NCBI GenBank assembly: GCA_963696385.1 | Contig: CAVOKF010000005.1 | Span: 576,001 to 640,000 of the forward strand | DNA: 64,000 nt | Reading direction: 5' to 3' | From: an uncultured delta proteobacterium | GTDB taxonomy: Bacteria; Myxococcota_A; Polyangia; Polyangiales; Polyangiaceae | Part shown: positions 18,226 through 29,600 of the stretch, piece by piece | Layout of the letters: the number at the start of each line of letters is the position of its first letter | Numbering within the stretch: the stretch's first letter is position 1 | Position numbers and translations under genes: made by a program | Notes under the pieces: model-generated | Seen by the model: the letters and a program-made list of their open reading frames with translations, nothing else | Told to the model about the DNA's origin: nothing | The model's database searches: none

Positions 18226-21051
18226 TTGAGCCCCCGTGGCCTCAAGGCCGTCCGTGGCGTTCCAACGTCAACCTACCGCCTTCAGTTGCACGGCCACTTT
18301 GGGTTTCGAGACGCCGCTCGCGTCGCAGACTATCTCGCGAAGCTGGGCGTGGGCGCAGTCTACGTGTCACCCGTTCTCCGCGCGCAGCGTGGCTCGGTGC
18401 ACGGGTACGACGTCGTGGACCACGCTGTCCTCAACCCGGAGCTCGGGACCGTCGACGAATTTCGCATCTGGAACGATGCGGTGACGGCCTCGGGCATGGG
18501 TTTCCTCATGGACTTTGTACCGAACCATGTGGGCGTCGGCACGGGCGAAAACGCGTGGTGGAACGACGTCCTCGAGAGTGGGCCGAGTTCCCCATTCGCC
18601 GACTTCTTCGATATCGAGTGGGAATCACCCGAGCCAGTCCTCCGAGGCAAGGTCCTGCTGCCCGTGCTCGCTCGCCCGTTCGGGGAAGAGGTCGACGACG
18701 GCAAAATCGCCATCGAGCGGGACGGCGGCCGGCTTTGGGTCACGTATGCCGATCGGCGCTTCCCGGCGTCCCCCCGCAGCTACGTGATCGTCCTGCAGCG
18801 GGCGGCCGGACACCTCGCTCTTGGCGACGAGAGCCCTGCCCGGCGTGATCTCGAGAGCATCGTGACAGCGATACGACACCTTCCCGACCCATCGACCGCG
18901 AATGCGTTCGAGCGTCGCGAACGGGCGCGAGAGAAGGAGGTCATCAAGCGCCGGCTCAGGGATGTCTGTACCTCGAGTCAGGAGGTCGCGACCGCCGTCG
19001 CCGAAGCGATCCAGGCCGTCTCGTCGAGCCCGGAGCGGCTCGAGCGCTTTCTGGCAGAGCAGAACTACCGTCTCAGCTTCTGGCGGGTCGCGACCGATGA
19101 AATCAACTACCGGCGATTCTTCGACGTCAACGAGCTGGCGGCCATCCGCATGGAGGCACCTGCCGTTTTCTCCGCCACGCACGGCCTGATGTTCGAACTC
19201 ATCGCCGAGGGCCGGGTGACCGGGTTGCGCCTCGACCATACCGACGGCCTATACGACCCTAACGCCTATTTTCGCGCGCTCCAGCAAGGCATCCATGGGG
19301 CTCTCGCTCGGGGTAGCGAGGACGACGACCTGCCATCGTACGTCGTCGCTGAGAAAATCTTGGCCTCCGGCGAAAGGCTGCCGCATTCCTGGGCGATTTC
19401 GGGCACGAATGGGTACGATTTTCTAGCGGCGATCAATGCGCTCTGGGTCGATCCGCAGGCCGTGGCGGCGTTCGATGACCTGTACCACCACTTCGCCGAG
19501 GGCCATCGGGACTATCAAGGCGTCGCGTATCAATCGAAGATCGATGTCATGTCGGAGACTTTTTCCGCTGAGATCCACGCTCTCGGCCACGCCCTGAAGC
19601 GAATCGCCGAGTCGTCGCGGCACGCACGCGACTTCACCCTGTCCAGTCTCCTGCGGGCCATTCAGGAGACGATCGCCGCGCTCGATGTGTACCGTACCTA
19701 TGTGCGCGACGATGGGACGCACGAAGCGAGCGACGAGTCGCGCGTCGTTGCGGCGACCGAGAGGGCTCGTCGCCGCAACCCGACGATCGATCCGGCGATC
19801 TTTCAATTCGTGCGCGAAGTTCTCCTTCTGAAGCATCCGGGCGAGGCCGCCGTCCGATTCGCGATGCGCTTCCAGCAACTCACCGGACCCATCATGGCCA
19901 AAGGCGTCGAGGACACGGCCCTCTATCGCTATAACCGCCTCATTGGCCTGAACGAAGTCGGCTGCGATCCTTCGCGCTTCGGGTCTACCATTGCCGTCTT
20001 TCATGCGCACAACGCCGCGGCGCTCGCACGCTTCCCGCTGTCGATGACCACGACCACGACCCATGACACCAAGCGCAGCGAGGACGTTCGTGCCCGGCTG
20101 GCCGTTCTCAGCGAGGTCCCCGAACGGTGGCGAGTGCTCGTGTCGCGGCTCGAGGACATCGCACGATCGTCGGTCGTTTCCGTCGACGGCTTGCCTGCGC
20201 CGTCCCCTGCCGACGCCTACCTTTTCCATCAAACGGTGGTCGGCGTCTGGCCCTACGAGGGGGTGTGCTCCGACACCGAACGCGCGGCCTTCAAAGAGCG
20301 CGTGTCCGCTTACCTGGCCAAGGCGGTGCACGAGGCGAAGGTGCGTTCGTCGTGGAAGCATCCGAACGCGGCCTACGACCAGGCCGTCCGCAGGTTCGTC
20401 GAACGAGCACTCGACTCGCCGCGGTACTGCGACGCGGTCGACGATTTCGTGCGGTCGATCGCCACCTACGGCGCGACCAACAGTCTCGCTCAAGTCGCGC
20501 TCCGGCTCGCGTCTCCCGGGGTCCCCGACGTGTACCAAGGCTGCGAGCTGTGGAACTTCTCGCTGGTCAATCCCGACAATCGCCGGAGCGTCGACTACGC
20601 ACGGCGCCGTGCCGCTCTCGACACCTTGGCGAGCCGAGGCGCACCGACTGTGGAGGTGGCGCGTGAACTCGTCCGGTCGTTTACCGACGGGCGCATCAAA
20701 ATGCTGGTCACACACACCGGACTGACACTGAGGCGTCGCGACCCTGCGCTCTTTCTCGAAGGCGCGTACGATTCCATCGACGCGGGAGCGCATGCTGTAG
20801 CATTCGAGCGGTCACTCGCCGGCCGCCGGTTGATATGCGTGGTACCCCGGCTTGCCCTAAAGCTCGCGCGACGCGTTGGGTCCGACGCGCGCTGGCCTCT
20901 CGGAGCGGTCTGGCAAGAGCAGCGACTGACCCTGACTCGCTCAGGGCATTTCACCCATGTGTGGACCGGCGAACGGTTCGACGGCCAATCCTGGCCCATG
21001 GGTCGGGTGCTCGGCGACTTCCCGGTGGCGTGGCTGTACGCCGCGGAGTGA
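18226..21051 (+). CDS. treY: Malto-oligosyltrehalose synthase
   Basis: PTSTYRLQL, HGYDVVDH, INYRRFFDVNEL, LRLDHTDGL, VVAEKIL, MAKGVEDT, THDTKRSED, PGVPDVYQG; start approximate (TTG 18226). Confidence 0.95.
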   Translation: MSPRGLKAVRGVPTSTYRLQLHGHFGFRDAARVADYLAKLGVGAVYVSPVLRAQRGSVHGYDVVDHAVLNPELGTVDEFRIWNDAVTASGMGFLMDFVPNHVGVGTGENAWWNDVLESGPSSPFADFFDIEWESPEPVLRGKVLLPVLARPFGEEVDDGKIAIERDGGRLWVTYADRRFPASPRSYVIVLQRAAGHLALGDESPARRDLESIVTAIRHLPDPSTANAFERRERAREKEVIKRRLRDVCTSSQEVATAVAEAIQAVSSSPERLERFLAEQNYRLSFWRVATDEINYRRFFDVNELAAIRMEAPAVFSATHGLMFELIAEGRVTGLRLDHTDGLYDPNAYFRALQQGIHGALARGSEDDDLPSYVVAEKILASGERLPHSWAISGTNGYDFLAAINALWVDPQAVAAFDDLYHHFAEGHRDYQGVAYQSKIDVMSETFSAEIHALGHALKRIAESSRHARDFTLSSLLRAIQETIAALDVYRTYVRDDGTHEASDESRVVAATERARRRNPTIDPAIFQFVREVLLLKHPGEAAVRFAMRFQQLTGPIMAKGVEDTALYRYNRLIGLNEVGCDPSRFGSTIAVFHAHNAAALARFPLSMTTTTTHDTKRSEDVRARLAVLSEVPERWRVLVSRLEDIARSSVVSVDGLPAPSPADAYLFHQTVVGVWPYEGVCSDTERAAFKERVSAYLAKAVHEAKVRSSWKHPNAAYDQAVRRFVERALDSPRYCDAVDDFVRSIATYGATNSLAQVALRLASPGVPDVYQGCELWNFSLVNPDNRRSVDYARRRAALDTLASRGAPTVEVARELVRSFTDGRIKMLVTHTGLTLRRRDPALFLEGAYDSIDAGAHAVAFERSLAGRRLICVVPRLALKLARRVGSDARWPLGAVWQEQRLTLTRSGHFTHVWTGERFDGQSWPMGRVLGDFPVAWLYAAE

Positions 21052-21080
21052 GGGGGAGCGTCGTTCATCCGGGCTGCCTC

Positions 21081-21096
21081 CGGCACGTCGCATGCT
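21081..21096 (+). promoter_or_regulatory. sigma54-like -24/-12 motif
   Basis: CGGCACGTCGCATGCT; ATG at 21109 lies 14 nt after the -12 C. Confidence 0.55.
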
Positions 21097-21108
21097 TTCC
21101 CGATGGGC

Positions 21109-23466
21109 ATGCCCAAGACGGTTCCGGGTCTTCCGTACCCCCTCGGCGCCACGCCGGACGCAAAAGGCACGAACTTCGCCGTGTTCTCCGAGAATGCGAC
21201 GAGTGTCGAGCTTTGCCTGCTTGGCGCTTCCGGCGACCAAACGCGCGTGCCCCTTCGCGAGCGCACCGCATTTGTCTGGCACGCACACGTGGCCGGCGTG
21301 CGTTCAGGAACACGCTACGGCTACCGGGTGAAGGGCCCTTACGACCCGGCCAACGGTCTGCGCTTCAACGACCGCGTGTTGCTGTTGGACCCCTACGCAA
21401 AGGCCGTCGATGGGGTCGAGCGCTGGGACGACGGATTGTTTGCCTACGAGCCGGGCGGCGACGACGCGGACTTGACCAAGAGTGAGCGAGACGTCCTCGG
21501 TGCGCCCCGCGCGGTAGTCATCGATTCGTCGTTCGATTGGGAGGACGACGCACGGCCGAACATCCCGTTTCACAGGACAGTCATCTACGAAACCCATGTC
21601 CGGGGACTGACGATGCGCCACCCCCAAGTCCCCGAGCGGATTCGTGGCAAGTTCGCGGGCGTCGCGAGCGATCCCGTCATCCGACACCTCAAGGAGCTCG
21701 GAATCAACGCCGTCGAGCTTTTGCCCGTGCACGCGTTCGTCGACGACAAATCGCTTTTGGACCGAGGACTGCGCAACTATTGGGGTTATCACAGTATCGG
21801 ATTTTTCGCGCCGGACAGTCGATACCGCACGATCGACATTCCGGGCGAAGGCGTCCGCGAGTTCAAGGAAATGGTCAAAAAACTCCATCGGAACGGCATT
21901 GAAGTGATTCTGGACGTCGTCTACAACCATACGGCCGAAGGCAATCACTTAGGGCCGACCCTCTCGTTCAAAGGCATCGACAACCCCACCTACTATCGGT
22001 TGGACGAACGGCGGCGCTATTATTTTGATTACACGGGGACGGGAAACAGCCTGAACGTTCGCCATCCGCAGACGCTGCAGCTCATCATGGACTCTTTACG
22101 GTACTGGGCCACCGAAATGCACGTCGATGGCTTCCGCTTCGATCTGGCTTCGACGCTCGCCCGATCCCTGCAGGAAGTGGATCAGCTCTCGAGCTTCTTC
22201 ACCATCATCCACCAAGACCCCGTGTTGAGCCAGCTCAAGCTGATTGCCGAACCCTGGGACGTCGGCGAGGGCGGCTATCAGGTCGGCAACTTTCCGATCC
22301 GGTGGACGGAATGGAACGGCAAGTACAGAGACGCCATGCGTGCGTTCTGGAAGGGCGATGGCGGTCTCTCGGGCGAGCTCGCCTACCGGCTGAGCGGGAG
22401 CAGCGACCTGTACGAGAACGATGGGCGACGTCCCTATTCGAGCATCAACTTCTTCGTCGCGCACGACGGCTTTACCTTGCGCGATCTCGTTTCGTACGAC
22501 CACAAGCACAACGAGGCCAACGGCGAAGAAGGCAAGGATGGATCGAACGACAACGCGTCGTGGAACTGCGGGGCCGAGGGGCCCACGCAACTCGACGCTG
22601 TCTTGAGGCTTCGGGCGCGACAGCAGCGCAACATGCTTGCCACCCTGCTCTTGTCCCAAGGAACACCAATGATCTGCGGTGGAGACGAGCTCGGAAGAAC
22701 GCAGAACGGAAACAACAACGCCTATTGCCAAGACAACGAGACGAGTTGGTACGACTGGCAACTGGATGACGAACGGACGTCTTTTCTCGCCTTCACGCGA
22801 AAGGTTATCCAATTGCGCTTGAGCCATCCCGCCCTGCATCGCGCAAAGTTCTTTAAGGGCCGGGCCCTCCATGGCGCCGACATCCGAGACATCATGTGGT
22901 TTCGCTACGACGGTGAGGAGATGACCGATCAGGATTGGAAAACGGCCTATACGCGCGCTCTGCAGATGCAGGTGGCGGGGCTCGGCATCGACGAGGTCGA
23001 CGAATGGGGGGAGCCGGTCGTCGACGACGACCTGTTACTGATCATCAATGCGGGACACGAACCGCTCGACTTCACGACACCGGCAACTGACTTGGCAGCT
23101 CCCGAATGGACACTGCTTCTCGACACCAACGACGACAAGGCGACCGGGACGGTCGGTCCCCATGCCGCAACGCGGTTGGAGGCGCGGTCGCTCAAGCTGC
23201 TCGCCCGCGAGGCCCAGGGTCCGAGGATCACGCTAGCCCCCCGTCCATCGTCGCGACGCAACACTGACCCGACGCAAACGCTCCGGGCGGGCTATCGGCC
23301 GCCTTCGTCGGTGCGGCGAGCGGCGCGTCGGAGGAGTCCGGCGGCGGCTAAGGAGGCGGCGGGGGAGTGGGAGTGGGCCCCGGGGTCGGAGGAGTCGGAG
23401 CGGGCCCCGGCTGTGGAGGCGTCGGGCTGGGAGCCGGCGGGGTGGGGGTCGGCGCCGGAGGCGTAG
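21109..23466 (+). CDS. glgX: Glycogen debranching enzyme (isoamylase)
   Basis: [58 protein letters not shown]; the last ~80 codons look like a non-homologous run-on. Confidence 0.95.
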   Translation: MPKTVPGLPYPLGATPDAKGTNFAVFSENATSVELCLLGASGDQTRVPLRERTAFVWHAHVAGVRSGTRYGYRVKGPYDPANGLRFNDRVLLLDPYAKAVDGVERWDDGLFAYEPGGDDADLTKSERDVLGAPRAVVIDSSFDWEDDARPNIPFHRTVIYETHVRGLTMRHPQVPERIRGKFAGVASDPVIRHLKELGINAVELLPVHAFVDDKSLLDRGLRNYWGYHSIGFFAPDSRYRTIDIPGEGVREFKEMVKKLHRNGIEVILDVVYNHTAEGNHLGPTLSFKGIDNPTYYRLDERRRYYFDYTGTGNSLNVRHPQTLQLIMDSLRYWATEMHVDGFRFDLASTLARSLQEVDQLSSFFTIIHQDPVLSQLKLIAEPWDVGEGGYQVGNFPIRWTEWNGKYRDAMRAFWKGDGGLSGELAYRLSGSSDLYENDGRRPYSSINFFVAHDGFTLRDLVSYDHKHNEANGEEGKDGSNDNASWNCGAEGPTQLDAVLRLRARQQRNMLATLLLSQGTPMICGGDELGRTQNGNNNAYCQDNETSWYDWQLDDERTSFLAFTRKVIQLRLSHPALHRAKFFKGRALHGADIRDIMWFRYDGEEMTDQDWKTAYTRALQMQVAGLGIDEVDEWGEPVVDDDLLLIINAGHEPLDFTTPATDLAAPEWTLLLDTNDDKATGTVGPHAATRLEARSLKLLAREAQGPRITLAPRPSSRRNTDPTQTLRAGYRPPSSVRRAARRRSPAAAKEAAGEWEWAPGSEESERAPAVEASGWEPAGWGSAPEA

Positions 23467-23614
23467 GTACCGGATTCGGCGGGGGCAATGGGTTCGGCGT
23501 CGGCTGCCCGGGCTGCCACACGTGGGGCGTGTCGATTGCCGCCGCATCTGTGGCGCCAATGACACCTAGGGACGGCGCGAAACAAACGATCGCAAAGAGA
23601 GCGCTGCGGTTCAT
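23348..23614 (-). CDS. Small secreted Pro/Thr-rich protein
   Basis: SD GAGG, signal peptide, then PTP/PAP repeats to the stop. Confidence 0.65.
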   Translation of the reverse strand: MNRSALFAIVCFAPSLGVIGATDAAAIDTPHVWQPGQPTPNPLPPPNPVPTPPAPTPTPPAPSPTPPQPGPAPTPPTPGPTPTPPPPP

Positions 23615-23818
23615 GGTGACCTCGAGAGTGAGATGGGTGACGGGCTGTCGAACACGTCCGGATCAGTCCCGGGACAGAGACAGCCTTGCCCCTCGGGACG
23701 TGAAAATCGGGACGTGAAGCGTTTTGGCGCGGAGACAGAATCCCGCTGCGTCGTAGAGCAAGACGCGAACCGGAACGACAGGGCCCCCGCCGTCCCCAGA
23801 TCGTCGCAGGCCACGAGC

Positions 23819-24061
23819 CTAACGACGGGCCAAGACCCAGGTGACCGCGTAGCCGACCGCGGCCAAGACCCATATGACGACTCGGACGCGCGCGCGTTCG
23901 TGCCAGCCCCACCATGGGGTGAGGGGCGCGACGAAGAATGCGACCGGGGCGCGCCATCGCGGTCGGCTACGAGCAAGATGGATCGTCAGCGTGACGTGAC
24001 TTGTCACAAGCGTGGCGAAAGCGACGACGAGTCCAATGAGGACGAGCCAATCTCGGGTCAT
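23819..24061 (-). CDS. Small Trp/Arg-rich membrane protein
   Basis: Three hydrophobic segments in 80 aa; PLTPWWGW motif. Confidence 0.65.
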   Translation of the reverse strand: MTRDWLVLIGLVVAFATLVTSHVTLTIHLARSRPRWRAPVAFFVAPLTPWWGWHERARVRVVIWVLAAVGYAVTWVLARR

Positions 24062-24173
24062 TGCATGGTCCGTTGAAGCGTCGATGTCTCAGCCCTCTCG
24101 CGGCGCAGACGAAGCCACGAACTCGCACGGGACATGCCGTCCGACCGAAACCGCAAGTCGACGCCGTTCGGCT

Positions 24174-24288
24174 CGGCACGGCCGGTGCTTGCCGTGGGGG
24201 TGCTGCCCCGGACGGGCTGTTGCTACGGACCACCACCGCACCGAAGGCGTCGTGGCCAATCGTTAGGGCGCCTGGCATGTCGAGTGCT
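24174..24288 (+). promoter_or_regulatory. Two sigma54-like motifs upstream of the tamA-like gene
   Basis: CGGCACGGCCGGTGCT (24174-24189) and TGGCATGTCGAGTGCT (24273-24288). Confidence 0.45.
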
Positions 24289-24490
24289 TGCTCGAGGGTG
24301 CGGCACCTTGAGGTGCCGAAACCGACGAGAGCTCGCCTCGGGCGTCTCGCGGCGCCCCGCCACGTCCCGTTTCCAACTTCGGTTCAGGCACATCGATTGC
24401 CGAGCTTCGATATATCCGATGGACAACTGCACGCGCTTGCCGTGGACGATTGGACCCATACGTGAAATCATTCCGACTCTCATCCATCCG

Positions 24491-26686
24491 GTGGCTCGGG
24501 GCGTGGCCATTGCGTGTCTTCTGGTGACGGTGGCATGCAGCAAAATTCCGCCCGGTCGTTCGGCGGTAGACTCCGTGTCCATTGTCGACGCGAAAGGGAT
24601 TGAAGCGAGCCAGACCGAAGACCAAATCGCGACAGCAGCGTCGGCGAAGTTTCTATTCCTGTTTCAGGGCATCGCGTACGACTACTCGACGTACGATGAG
24701 GCCACGCTGCAACGCGATATGGCGCGCGTCGAGCGGTTCTATCGGTCGAAGGGCTTTTTCGATGCGCACGCGCGGGTCGCGCGAGTCCTCCAAGTCAATT
24801 CCAAGCACGTTCGGGTGCAGATCGTGGTCGACGAAGGCCTGGCGACCCTCAACCGAAATATCACCATCGTGGGCCTCGACGAACTACCTTCGCGGATTGC
24901 GGACGCCGTTCGCCAAGCGGGACGGGATGCGCTGGCTTCTGGCGATCGATTCGACGAGGCCAAGTTCAAGGACTCCAAAACCGCCGTTACAAGAGCGCTG
25001 ACGGATCGGGGCTACGCCTACGCGACGGTCGATGCCCAGGCCGAGGTCGATATTGGCGCGCACGTTGCCGATTACGGATTCAAAGTCGTTCCCGGACCGC
25101 CTGCGGTCTTCGGGGCGATTGCGATCCAGGGGCTCGACCCGGACGGCAATGGGCCCCGAAAGGCGGAAATTCCCGAAGCCCCCCTGCGGCGCGCCATGGA
25201 TATCCAGCCCGGAACGGCTTATTCGACGGCCCAAGTGGACTCCGCGACCCAAGCGCTGCTGGACCTGCAGGTATTCTCGGCGGTCCGCATCATTCCGTCG
25301 CTTTCGAATCCGCCGCCGGCCGACGCGGTCGTTCCGTTGACCGTCAAGGTGGAGCCCACGCGTCTGCGCGAGCTCAAGCTGGGCGGAGGACTCGAGCTCG
25401 ACGAGATCAAGACCGACCTGCATGCAATCGCCGGATGGGAAAACCACAACTTTCTCGGCGGTCTTCGCGACTTCAGCGTCCAGTTCAAACCCGGGCTCGT
25501 CCTCTACCCGTACCGGGTGGATAATTGGAGTGGGACCTTTCACCCGATTCCCGAAGAGTGGTTGAAGACCGAGCTTCGACAGCCCGGCTTCGTCGAGGCG
25601 CGGACGACAGGCTTCATTCGTCCGGAGTTCAACGTCTTCCCGATGCTCGTCGAGGTAGATCCGTCGCCGAATTCACCCGTCCCGGGGTTTCGCGAAGTGA
25701 AGCTCGTGGCCGGCGTCGATCGGACCCTGTGGAAGAAGCTCTACGTGGCCCTCGACTACACCCTTCAGGTGGAGGACCCATTCTCGTACCTCTACCCGCT
25801 CGATCCGGATATTCGGACGTTGTTCATTTCTTTTCCCGAGCTGACCCTCCATCTGGACTTTCGCGACAGTGCGGTCCGTCCTCACAAGGGCATGTATCTG
25901 GGCAATGTACTTGAGGCTGCGGGTGGTGTTTTCGGGGGAACGGCGACGGATGTGCGGGTGCAGCCGGAAGTTCGAACGTACGTTCCCATCGCGCGTGGCG
26001 TCACGTTTGCGACGCGAGCATCCGTGGGCTTTCTCTGGGCATCGAACTACGGCAAACAGTGGGCGTCAGAGCTGGACCAGTCGGCCGCGATCGCGGCGGG
26101 CGGGGCGTCGCCGGCCCGTCTCAACCTGGAACGTGACGTCGAGACGATGTACTTTCGCGGCTTTTTTTCCGGCGGGCCCGCGACGAATCGAGGCTATCCG
26201 CTTCTCGGTGTCTCGCCGCACGGTGTGGTGCCGTTTCTCAACCCGGGCACCGCCGCGCAGCAGGTTCAATTCAATTGCAACCCGGCAGATTTCACGCCGA
26301 ACTCGATAGCTTCCGCGCAATCGTGTTTTCTCCCCGCCGGAGGCTTCACGCTGTGGGAATTGCAAAATGCCGTTCGTTTCGATATCTCCGGGCCGCTGTC
26401 GGGCGCTCTGTTCTGCGATATGAGCGACGTATCGCCGCGAGAAAACGATATTCGCCTCGGCTACCTTCACCTGTCCTGCGGCGTGGGCGCGGCCTACGAC
26501 ACCCCGGTGGGTCCGATTCGACTGGACATCGGCTACCGCGTTCCGCCCTTGCAAGTGATCGGCTTCAAAAACGAAACCGAAGCGGCCTACGCCGATTCCC
26601 CGGACAAGCAACCCACGGGCGGCATCCAACCTAGAATTTTCGGACAACCGATCGCGCTGGCTTTCGGGATAGGCCAGGCGTTCTGA
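24491..26686 (+). CDS. tamA: Omp85/TamA-like outer membrane protein with POTRA domains, probable lipoprotein
   Basis: Lipobox VAC; POTRA motifs (RFYRSKGFF, LTDRGYAYA); FFSGG..NRGY; TPVGPIRLDIG; C-terminal IGQAF; start approximate. Confidence 0.85.
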   Translation: MARGVAIACLLVTVACSKIPPGRSAVDSVSIVDAKGIEASQTEDQIATAASAKFLFLFQGIAYDYSTYDEATLQRDMARVERFYRSKGFFDAHARVARVLQVNSKHVRVQIVVDEGLATLNRNITIVGLDELPSRIADAVRQAGRDALASGDRFDEAKFKDSKTAVTRALTDRGYAYATVDAQAEVDIGAHVADYGFKVVPGPPAVFGAIAIQGLDPDGNGPRKAEIPEAPLRRAMDIQPGTAYSTAQVDSATQALLDLQVFSAVRIIPSLSNPPPADAVVPLTVKVEPTRLRELKLGGGLELDEIKTDLHAIAGWENHNFLGGLRDFSVQFKPGLVLYPYRVDNWSGTFHPIPEEWLKTELRQPGFVEARTTGFIRPEFNVFPMLVEVDPSPNSPVPGFREVKLVAGVDRTLWKKLYVALDYTLQVEDPFSYLYPLDPDIRTLFISFPELTLHLDFRDSAVRPHKGMYLGNVLEAAGGVFGGTATDVRVQPEVRTYVPIARGVTFATRASVGFLWASNYGKQWASELDQSAAIAAGGASPARLNLERDVETMYFRGFFSGGPATNRGYPLLGVSPHGVVPFLNPGTAAQQVQFNCNPADFTPNSIASAQSCFLPAGGFTLWELQNAVRFDISGPLSGALFCDMSDVSPRENDIRLGYLHLSCGVGAAYDTPVGPIRLDIGYRVPPLQVIGFKNETEAAYADSPDKQPTGGIQPRIFGQPIALAFGIGQAF

Positions 26687-29600
26687 TGTCGACGCCGGCG
26701 GTCTTGCGCCCTGTCGACTCGGGGGCTTGCCCGGCAGCCGATCGACACCCGAATCGGGTGAGCCCGATCCGCGTTCTTCGGTGGCTCGGAGCGTTCATCG
26801 GTGCCGCGGTCCTGTTTGCCCTGAGCGCCGGGGTCGGTTTGATCACCCAACTCGACACGCCGTGTGTTCGGAAGGTGGTCGCCGCGGAGGTGAATGGGGT
26901 TCTCGGACCTTTGTTTAAGGGACGGGTCCATGTCGACCGACTGGGTGCCCTCGGGGTCTTGGGTCTCGCCGGCATGGACGTGACGGTCGACGATCCGACG
27001 GGTCGTCCTGTGCTGGTGGCGCGCGGCGTTCGCGGTACGGTTGCCACCTTCGCCGCCGTGCGGTCGGCGTGGCTCGACACCAAGCACCCCCTCACGATCG
27101 ACTTGAAGGAAGTCGGTGTCGATGAGCTCGACGTCCGTTTGGACACCGATTCCAGGGGCGAGCTCGATCTGCTCGATGCGTTCGCCTCCAAAACGCCGAG
27201 CACCGCGGCCAATCCGAACGCACGCGGCCTGCGCCTCGTCGTCGGCGCTCTCGCCGTGCGACACGCGCGAGCGCACGGGCAGATGGCGGGCGCCCCCTCG
27301 TTGGACATCGCCATGGACGACTTCGCCGGGACTCTCACCTACGCGCCTGACGTCCTCCAGGGGGACGTATCGCGCGCCACGTTAGCCGCTCGCCGCTTGG
27401 CCATGGGCGCCGACGTCACCGGGACGCTGCACGGCCACGTTCGAGAACCGTCGGACCCGAAGGCGAAAATGGACGCGTGGGTCGACTGGCAAGGGCTCGT
27501 GGCCGGCATGCCGCATGGGATCCACGCCACCCTCACACAAGACAAGCTGGATGCCACGGTCGACATATCGAGGATCGATCCCGAAAGCATCCGCGTGCTA
27601 TGGGCCGCTTCCCCGATCGACCGATCCGGCACGATTCACGCCGAGGTGCATGGGATGCTTCCCAACGTCGACGCAACGCTGATCGCGGCGTTGGGGGCTG
27701 CTCGGCTCACGGCGAAGGCCCGTACGTCCATCGGGGACGAGAAGCGCGCGCAGGTATCATTCGAGGTGGCTGACATCGATGTCCACGAGTTTGCCGCCTC
27801 GGCGCCGAAGTCGCGTCTCGGTCTTGACGGGTTCGCCCGTGGGGCCGCGAAATCCGATGGCACCTTCGACATGGATCTCGGCGTCCGTTTTCGCAGCGGA
27901 AGCCTTGGCGCTTACGACGCACCGCCCGTATCGATCACCGCGACGGCCCGGCGTACAAATCCCGACACGCTTGCCGCGCATGCCGACGTGGTCGTCGACG
28001 AGCCCGCCGCACCGACGCGTCTCGCGCTAGCCGCCTCCGCCAAGGACTCGTCGTCGGTACTCGACTTCGATCTGACTTCAGACGTCCCGGATCTGGATCG
28101 GCTGCCGCAGCTCAAGCACCTCCTACGAGGTGCGGTGTCCGTTCGGGCAAACGGCGAACTCGACCTCGGGCGGTCAATCGTCGATGGCGTCGTGCACGCG
28201 CGCGCCGCCAAAATCATTCAGGGAGCGACGCGCGTCGACAGGGCAGTCTTGGATGCGGGCCTCCGAGGAGCGGTGGCTGACCCCCGGATCGACCTCGCCC
28301 TCCTTGCTCAAGGAGTGGCGATCGCTGGGCGGCATCTCGGCCGCGCCGACGTGACGGTCACGGGCCACGTGCGCGCCCCCCACGTCACCGCGTCGGTTCG
28401 CGGTCAGGATGTTCCGGACGTCGACGCGAGCGCAGACCTAGCGCTGCGGAGCGGAGTGTCGGTTCGTGCGCCGCGCATCGCCCTGTCGCGGTCGGGTGAG
28501 CGCGCCCTCGTGACGGCGCACGACGTGAGCATCGATGGGAGCGACATTCGCGTCCAAGGCGCGCGGATCGAAGGGATCGGTCACCCCGTGGCGGCGACGT
28601 TTTCGATGTCGCCGCAGCGCGTGCGAGTTCAGGCCACCGCGACCGAGGGGATCGACTTGGCGCGGGTGGGTCGATTGGTGCACGTCGAGAAGACGCTACG
28701 AAGCGGGACCCTGGCGTTCGATGCCGACGTGACCGCCCGAACCGATGGCGCCAGGGGCCGCGCGAGCTTCACGTTGAGCCGGGCGGCGATCGCGAGCGTC
28801 AACGATGCCGCTGTGCATCTCGAGCTCGAGCTCGAAGGTCGCAGGGTAACGGGCAAGGCGCATGCGCAAGCCGCCAGGGTCGGGTCGGTGGACATCGACG
28901 CGCGCAACGTCGCGTTCGCCGGGGCGGGCCCTCTGACTCGCTCGTCGTGGAAAGAGGTCTCGGGGTGGTTCGGAATCGAGGGCCGCGTCGATCTCGCCGA
29001 AGCGGCAGCGCTGATCCCGTCCCAGGACGTACCGCTCGAGGCTCATGGCGAAGTCACCTTCAAAGCGCACGGGGCCCGCGATCCGGGTGGCGCCTGGACA
29101 CCCGACGTCGGCATTTCGGTGACGACGACGAATCTGCAGCTCGCGCCCGGGACGTCGAAGGAGCGCGCCATCGACGGCGTACTCGTTCTGCCGGCGCCGC
29201 GCTGGCATCTCCAAGGGGTCGACTTCAAGGCCGATGCGACTCTCGAAGGCCACACGGGTGTTCTCGAGCTGTCGACCCAGGCTCGGGACAGGACGGGCGT
29301 GTTGGCCGATCTGCAGGTCCGGTCAGCGAGCTTCCCCTACGAGGACGCGTTTTTGCGAACCGGCCGCCTGTCGACCGATCTGCACGACACGCCCTTCGAC
29401 CTCCGTTGGGTCGTCCCCGAGCGCGGCCTTGGAACATGGCCGGATTGGGTCAAGCAAGACATCGTCGACGGCAGGCTCCAGGCGAGCGTCGCGTTTCACG
29501 GAACCATCCTGGCACCGACGTTGGATCTGGCAGCCACCTTGAAGGGCTCGCGCTTCTCGAGCCGCGCCGCGCCGATCGATTTCGACGTTCATGCCCACTA

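Noticed and set aside
23350..23500. G-rich repetitive tract as a tandem repeat or CRISPR array
   Set aside because: It is explained by Pro/Thr codons of the minus-strand gene. There are no constant repeats with unique spacers and no cas genes.
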